From positions 1 to 10,897 of the forward strand of contig JAWOFX010000055.1 in NCBI GenBank assembly GCA_046497275.1: a stretch of DNA of 10,897 nucleotides, given 5' to 3'. Below are positions 6,083-10,897 of this stretch, in pieces. The position numbers and the translations under genes were made by a program. The notes below the pieces were generated by a model. It saw only the letters and a program-made list of their open reading frames with translations, was not told the DNA's origin and did no database searches. Position 1 is the first letter of the stretch. Each line of letters begins with the position of its first letter. Source of the DNA: Promethearchaeia archaeon. GTDB lineage: Archaea > Asgardarchaeota > Lokiarchaeia > Sigyniarchaeales > SOKP01.

Positions 6083-7297
6083 ATGAAATCAGAAGTTTAT
6101 TATTTCTCGGCCCGTGCTAATGAATATAAACAGAGTATGAGCCGTTTTAAAGGTCCTTTGGCATTGAAACAAATTGGAATCGAAGAAAAAATCAAAAATC
6201 ATGAGAAAGTTATCATAAAAACACATTTTGGAGCTTTGGAAAACACACGATATATTCGACCAAGTTATATTAGATTTTTATGTGATTATGTCAAAAGTCT
6301 TGGTGCTTATCCAGCAGTTGCTGAATCTTGTGGATGGGGGATCCCTGGGGCAAAAGGTGAATATGGTGGAAGGGCAAATGAAAGAGAATATTTAGAAGTA
6401 GCATTAAAACATGGTTATACAGAAAACACAATGGGAGCTCCTATTTTTATGCTTGATGGTCCCGAAGGGCTTGATTATATAATTCAAGACATTGATGGTA
6501 AATTTTTTAACCAAGTAAGAGTTGCGGGAAGATTAAGAGAATATAATCATATGATATTAGCCTCACATTTTAAGGGGCATTCAAGTGCAGGATTTGGGGG
6601 ATCTATTAAGAATTTAGGAATAGGATGTGCATCAAAGGGTGGCAAAGTAGAAGCACATACTGGAAAAACATTTGAGTTTAATTTCGATAATTGCATGCCA
6701 GGTTGCAGTAATTGTATAGATATCTGCCCGACAGGAGCTTTAAGAAGAAATGAAAATGATCAAATGGAATTTATAGAAGAAAAATGTCGATATTGTTATA
6801 TGTGTAAATCTGTTTGTAAAAATAAAGCCATAAGTATAGGAACTGTTCCTCGAGAACAATTTATATATCAAATGGTAGATAACGCAAAAGGAGTTGTAGA
6901 TTATTTTGGAAATGATAATATATTCTATATTAATTATGCTATTGATATAACTTGGCAATGTGATTGTTCTGGAAGCTCTGATGTACCTTTTGTAAGTGAT
7001 ATTGGAATTCTTTCAAGCAAAGACCCTGTTGCTCTTGATCAAGCTTGCGTTGATTTAGTCCACAAATCTTATATGAATTTAAATTCAGTACTTGGAGAGA
7101 TAAACAAATTTTCTCCTTTAGAGAAAAGAGAGTGGTTTTCATTTATCCCAAGGTATGATGACGGCGATGAGATAAACTTAAATAAAGATGGCGTTCCTTC
7201 TCAACATTGGGAAACTCAATTAAAGGCAGGAGAGAAAATTGGTTTAGGAACCAGAGATTATGATTTAATTCCTATTAAGATCGAACCAGAAGAATAA
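6083..7297 (+). CDS. DUF362-domain Fe-S protein with inserted 2x[4Fe-4S] ferredoxin-like domain (COG2768-like)
   Basis: Family motifs IKTHFG, SHFKGH-x-x-x-GFGGSIKNLGIGCASKGGK, WQCDC and DIGILSSKDPVALDQACVD; ferredoxin motifs CMPGCSNCIDICPTGA and CRYCYMCKSVCKNKAI. Confidence 0.88.
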   Translation: MKSEVYYFSARANEYKQSMSRFKGPLALKQIGIEEKIKNHEKVIIKTHFGALENTRYIRPSYIRFLCDYVKSLGAYPAVAESCGWGIPGAKGEYGGRANEREYLEVALKHGYTENTMGAPIFMLDGPEGLDYIIQDIDGKFFNQVRVAGRLREYNHMILASHFKGHSSAGFGGSIKNLGIGCASKGGKVEAHTGKTFEFNFDNCMPGCSNCIDICPTGALRRNENDQMEFIEEKCRYCYMCKSVCKNKAISIGTVPREQFIYQMVDNAKGVVDYFGNDNIFYINYAIDITWQCDCSGSSDVPFVSDIGILSSKDPVALDQACVDLVHKSYMNLNSVLGEINKFSPLEKREWFSFIPRYDDGDEINLNKDGVPSQHWETQLKAGEKIGLGTRDYDLIPIKIEPEE

Positions 7298-7333
7298 AAA
7301 AATAATTTATTACTTTATATATAATTCTTTTAT

Positions 7334-8659
7334 TTAGGATGAAATATCTAAGTTTGAGAAAGCTATATAAGGTAAATAACTATTTCCTGAAAATTTTCGT
7401 TCTTTCGAAATAAAAACACAATTTTTAATCATTTTTAATACGTTACCGCTGAGATTTCCTCCTTTAATTGCCGTATCTAGTTTACCGTTCTTTATATAAT
7501 ATCCATTTCTTATTTCCGTTCCAAATGATCCAGAATATTTATCAGGATTCAACCAAGAACATTTCTCGATCAAATAACCCTCTTTGATATTTGAAATCAT
7601 CTCCTTTAGTGATATATCTCCCGCTTCTATTTCAAAATTAGAAATTGTATTTTCAATCGTTCCATTTGGACTTCTAATTCCATTTCCTGTTGATTTTCTA
7701 TTTTCTAAAATAGCATATTTTTGGTCAAATAATTGATTCATAAATATTCCCTTATCAATCATCTTTATTTTTTGATGTGGATTACCTTCTCCATCCCATG
7801 GATTCGTTCTTAATCCACCATCTAACAGACCGTTGTCTAATATACTAAGTTTTGAATCGGCTATTTCTTGAGATTCCTTAAAAAAGGATTGATTATCGTG
7901 ATATGCTTTTCCAGAAGAGTGGAATCCAATAACAGGAGCGAGAGCATCTCTTAATAAACCTGGTGAAAAAATAACTGTAGCATTTTTATTGGGAATGGGT
8001 TCTTTTGCGTTAAGATTTGCAAGCGCATATTCACTCCACTGTTCAATTCGATTTATAAGATCCAAATCTGATAATCTGCTTATGTATTCAACATCCCAGA
8101 ATTCTGAGAGTTTCTTCTCTCTTTCAGCTTTTATTGCAAATTCCAGATAAAAATAAGATTTTGTGGAAGTTAAATCTAATCCAGAAGAATTTAGTAGATT
8201 TATATAATCAATATGCAACCTCAGTCGCCCAAAAGTGGATTGTGTTTTTTCAAGGTTAGAAATCTTAGATTTGATCATGTCACTTAGATCAGTAACAATT
8301 TTTAAAGGATTGTCCAAGACATCTTTTGAGGCTGGTTGTATCTCTGGATAAGATTGAGGAGATGGGAAATAATATTTTGAATCTTCATTGATCTGAGAAA
8401 GTTTTATACAATCATCTACTGTTTTATCTATTTTATTTTCTTCTAACTGATTTCCTTTAACGATTCCTATCCCTGTTCCATCATTAATCTGATTCAAAAT
8501 TCGTATGAAATAATCGAAATCGTTTACTTGTCTTTCAGAACCAACTCTTTCTTTTAGAAATTCTGTTTCATAAATTTTCGATTCTATTGAATAAATTTCA
8601 TATTCAGAAACATTTTTTGATTTTATAATCCTCTCAATCATATCTAATTTATTTTTCAT
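7334..8659 (-). CDS. pmbA: TldE/PmbA family protein (non-catalytic partner of TldD)
   Basis: TldD/PmbA fold motifs (LSILDNGLLDGG-x-x-x-x-PWDGEG, MIDKGIF-x-x-x-L-FD, STGNG, SNFEIEAG, GYYIKNGK-x-x-x-AIKG-x-x-LSGN), no HExxxH motif, and it lies 39 bp downstream of tldD on the same strand. Confidence 0.9.
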   Translation of the reverse strand: MKNKLDMIERIIKSKNVSEYEIYSIESKIYETEFLKERVGSERQVNDFDYFIRILNQINDGTGIGIVKGNQLEENKIDKTVDDCIKLSQINEDSKYYFPSPQSYPEIQPASKDVLDNPLKIVTDLSDMIKSKISNLEKTQSTFGRLRLHIDYINLLNSSGLDLTSTKSYFYLEFAIKAEREKKLSEFWDVEYISRLSDLDLINRIEQWSEYALANLNAKEPIPNKNATVIFSPGLLRDALAPVIGFHSSGKAYHDNQSFFKESQEIADSKLSILDNGLLDGGLRTNPWDGEGNPHQKIKMIDKGIFMNQLFDQKYAILENRKSTGNGIRSPNGTIENTISNFEIEAGDISLKEMISNIKEGYLIEKCSWLNPDKYSGSFGTEIRNGYYIKNGKLDTAIKGGNLSGNVLKMIKNCVFISKERKFSGNSYLPYIAFSNLDISS

Positions 8660-8698
8660 TTTAAATTCACTATGTATAATTTATTTTTTTAAGATCGC

Positions 8699-10087
8699 TT
8701 AACCTGGACTTATTAATGCTGTTTTAACCCGAATATAACTTCCTCCACTCGTAACTGGCACGAAATCCTCATATCCCTTCCCACATGTTCCAGGCTTAAG
8801 TTTTAAATCATCTTTACTAATCGCATTAATGTTTTTAAGAAGCTTCAATACAGACCCGCTTAATGTTGTTGCTTTTAATAATTTTGTTTTTTCTCCATTT
8901 TCTATAAGATATCCTTTTTTTGAGGTCACTTGTAATCCTCCCCCAAGTGGGTCTTCCATTCCAAAGTATCCACGATTTAAAATCACTCCTTTCTTAATCT
9001 CTGAAATCATTTCATCAAGTTCATAATCACCAGAACCAAAATATGTGTTAGTCATTCTTACATGCAAAGGATGAGCATAACTTTCTCGTCTACCGTTACC
9101 TTTAGGTTCAGTGTTTAATTCAGAGGCAGTCAGTCGATTGTGAATAAAATTTTTAAGAATACCATTTTCTACTAAAAAATTTTTTTCTGCTTTAATGCCT
9201 TCATCATCAAAAAAATATGATCCATATTTATTTGAGATGTTCGGCGCATCATAAATATTTGAAATTTTGGAGGCAACTTGTTTATTGAGAAGATCCTTAA
9301 GATAACTTCTATCTCTTAAAATCTGATCTGCTTCCAAACCATGACCAAAAGATTCATGGGCTATTAATCCTGCCATATCGGGATCCAAAATAATTGGATA
9401 TTTTCCAGAAGGAGGTTTATCTGCTTTTAACATATCTAAAGAATTTTGAGCAAATTCTTCTAATTTATTTTCAATTTCTTTAAAGATCTCAAAACCAATT
9501 TCACCCCCTAAAGAATGATAATCAAAATCAACGGTTCCTTCTTCTTTTGCTATAGGTTGAATAAAAACTCTTGTTCTTGGGATAACTTGCCGTAATTGAC
9601 ATCCTTCATTGTTTACAAATATTCGAGTTGTTAAAATCTCAGAGTAAGCGATTATGGGGTTAATTATCCTTTCATCGTATTTCTTGAAACTTTCAAATAT
9701 TGATCTTATTTTTTCTATTTTTTGCTGAAGAGAAATTTCTTTTGGATCTATCTTTACTTCAACTTCTTTATTTATCTTCCATCCCTCTTGAATAGTTAAT
9801 TTATTGTCTTGGCTACTTACTTTTGGAATTTGAAACTCGACCTTATCCATATCAGATAAATCATCAAAAGCAAATTCTTTCCATCTATCTGTATACGTTC
9901 TAGCAACAATTCCAGATTTATCTTTACTTATAGATATTGTTTCCTCAGAAGGAGTTTTTCTAATGTTTAAGAAAGCGATGGAATCATATAAAATATCGAA
10001 ATACTGGTTTTTTCTTTTATAATTTTTAGAAATTTCGTCAAAAATAGACAAGATTTCTTCATATGATTTTTGTGCCATAATACTCAA
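8699..10087 (-). CDS. tldD: TldD family metalloprotease
   Basis: Metal-binding AHESFGHGLEAD (H244, H249), FDDEG, LVENGIL-x-x-F, GNGRRES, VRMTNTY, GYLIENGE and C-terminal GTCGKG (C435). The start could be M1 (10087) or M4 (10078). Confidence 0.93.
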   Translation of the reverse strand: MSIMAQKSYEEILSIFDEISKNYKRKNQYFDILYDSIAFLNIRKTPSEETISISKDKSGIVARTYTDRWKEFAFDDLSDMDKVEFQIPKVSSQDNKLTIQEGWKINKEVEVKIDPKEISLQQKIEKIRSIFESFKKYDERIINPIIAYSEILTTRIFVNNEGCQLRQVIPRTRVFIQPIAKEEGTVDFDYHSLGGEIGFEIFKEIENKLEEFAQNSLDMLKADKPPSGKYPIILDPDMAGLIAHESFGHGLEADQILRDRSYLKDLLNKQVASKISNIYDAPNISNKYGSYFFDDEGIKAEKNFLVENGILKNFIHNRLTASELNTEPKGNGRRESYAHPLHVRMTNTYFGSGDYELDEMISEIKKGVILNRGYFGMEDPLGGGLQVTSKKGYLIENGEKTKLLKATTLSGSVLKLLKNINAISKDDLKLKPGTCGKGYEDFVPVTSGGSYIRVKTALISPG

Positions 10088-10293
10088 AAATTTTTATCTC
10101 TAAAGATTTTTTTTAAATTTTGATTAAATTTTAGCTTAATATGAAAATTAAACTCGTTTTGAAGAGATTATTTTAAAAAAATATTATTATATAATCATTA
10201 TGAAGCATTTTTAATATTGCCTTCGCTTCCGAATAGTATTCTTTTCTTTCTGGAAAAATAAGGAAAAAAAAGCTAAATTTTTTAGATTATTAG

Positions 10294-10470
10294 TCAAAAT
10301 GGTTTAAAATCTAAAATAAAGGGCTCATATCCGTTCCCAACTTTAAAAGAAGGATTGACTTTGTTTCCAAACAGATCTCTTACTTTATAGCATTTGTTCA
10401 TTTCAAATAGACAATCCTTTAACCATATGTGGATGTATGGCTTCTTGAATAGGGACAAAGAAACTTGGAA
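10294..10470 (-). pseudogene. Possible decayed CDS fragment (58 codons, no upstream start)
   Basis: Stop-free stretch FQVSLSLFKKPYIHIWLKDCLFEMNKCYKVRDLFGNKVNPSFKVGNGYEPFILDFKPF* with GC above the flanks. It is bounded upstream by an in-frame TAA at 10473-10471, and the only ATG is at 10401 (35 aa). Confidence 0.25.
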
Positions 10471-10498
10471 TTAATGTGAAAGGATAGTCCAAAATAAG

Positions 10499-10508
10499 AA
10501 AAAAAAAA
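10499..10508 (-). terminator. Oligo-T (T10 on minus strand) terminator after the 10510 stop
   Basis: A10 run on the + strand one base beyond the TAA of the minus-strand ORF. Confidence 0.55.
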
Positions 10509-10509
10509 G

Positions 10510-10896
10510 TTAAGAAATTATTAACTCTTCTAAAATAGATTTCACAATACCAAATGCTTTTTTTATGGAAAAATTGTAATACTCTTCTTTAGGTATTGTA
10601 GTGTTGTCCCAAATATAGTTGTCTAACATTTCAAATGCTTCTCCATTAAGATCCTTTACTTTTTTATCCAAAACATTTGAATAATCTAAGATCATCTCTT
10701 CATTATAAATTAATACATAGTCTTTAAACTCAAAATGTTTGCATTTTGGATAGGGTGGAATACATTCGCAATTATCGAATTTTTTACAATAAGAACAAAA
10801 ATGAAAAAAATTTGAAATTTTGCGGAGTCTAGACGATTTTATCGAATTTTTTAAATATAAATTTTCAAATACATATAAAATAAAAAATATTAGTAG
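10510..10896 (-). CDS. Hypothetical protein, 5'-truncated; hydrophobic segment plus Cys-rich cluster
   Basis: The frame of the tracked 61-aa ORF stays open to the window end: LLIFFILYVFENLYLKNSIKSSRLRKISNFFHFCSYCKKFDNCECIPPYPKCKHFEFKDYVLIYNEE-MILDYS... The Met at 10695 is probably internal. Confidence 0.7.
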   Translation of the reverse strand, partial: LLIFFILYVFENLYLKNSIKSSRLRKISNFFHFCSYCKKFDNCECIPPYPKCKHFEFKDYVLIYNEEMILDYSNVLDKKVKDLNGEAFEMLDNYIWDNTTIPKEEYYNFSIKKAFGIVKSILEELIIS

Positions 10897-10897
10897 C

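Noticed and set aside
6740-7142. Two minus-strand ORFs (6740..6958 and 6939..7142)
   Set aside because: Antisense shadows inside the DUF362 gene.
8829-9026. 65-aa plus-strand ORF in the track
   Set aside because: Antisense shadow inside tldD.
10126-10281. Imperfect inverted repeats AAATTTTAGCTT / AAGCTAAATTTT as MITE ends
   Set aside because: Short, very AT-rich and imperfect, with no target-site duplication evident; likely chance.
1-10897. CRISPR array, tRNA/rRNA, transposase
   Set aside because: No regularly spaced repeats, cloverleaf or rRNA-like GC-rich structure, or transposase motifs were seen.

Overview
AT-rich (roughly 30% GC by eye) archaeal chromosomal segment. The Orc1/Cdc6 initiator, XerA-like recombinase, small TACK/Asgard-style Zn-ribbon gene, oligo-T terminators and low GC suggest an Asgard (Lokiarchaeia-like) host; that placement is inference. 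Gene order: 3' part of a CoA-transferase beta subunit (+), a thioredoxin-reductase-like flavoprotein lacking both NADPH-binding motifs (+), a XerA/XerC-D family tyrosine recombinase (+) preceded by a perfect 11-bp tandem repeat, a cytoplasmic Ser/His-type S41 peptidase (-), a 384-bp divergent intergenic region with a GC-rich patch, a repeated TAATCT motif and an ~87% AT tract (candidate replication origin), orc1/cdc6 (+), a 77-aa Zn-ribbon protein (-), a DUF362/2x[4Fe-4S] protein (+), a tldD-pmbA(tldE) operon (-), possible decayed ORF fragments, and a Cys-rich, probably membrane-anchored ORF (-) that runs off the window end and is under-called by the ORF track. No rRNA, tRNA, CRISPR array or transposase is visible. 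The most interesting signals are the NADPH-motif-less TrxR, the xerA/cdc6 juxtaposition with repeat elements upstream of each gene, and the structured intergenic region upstream of cdc6.
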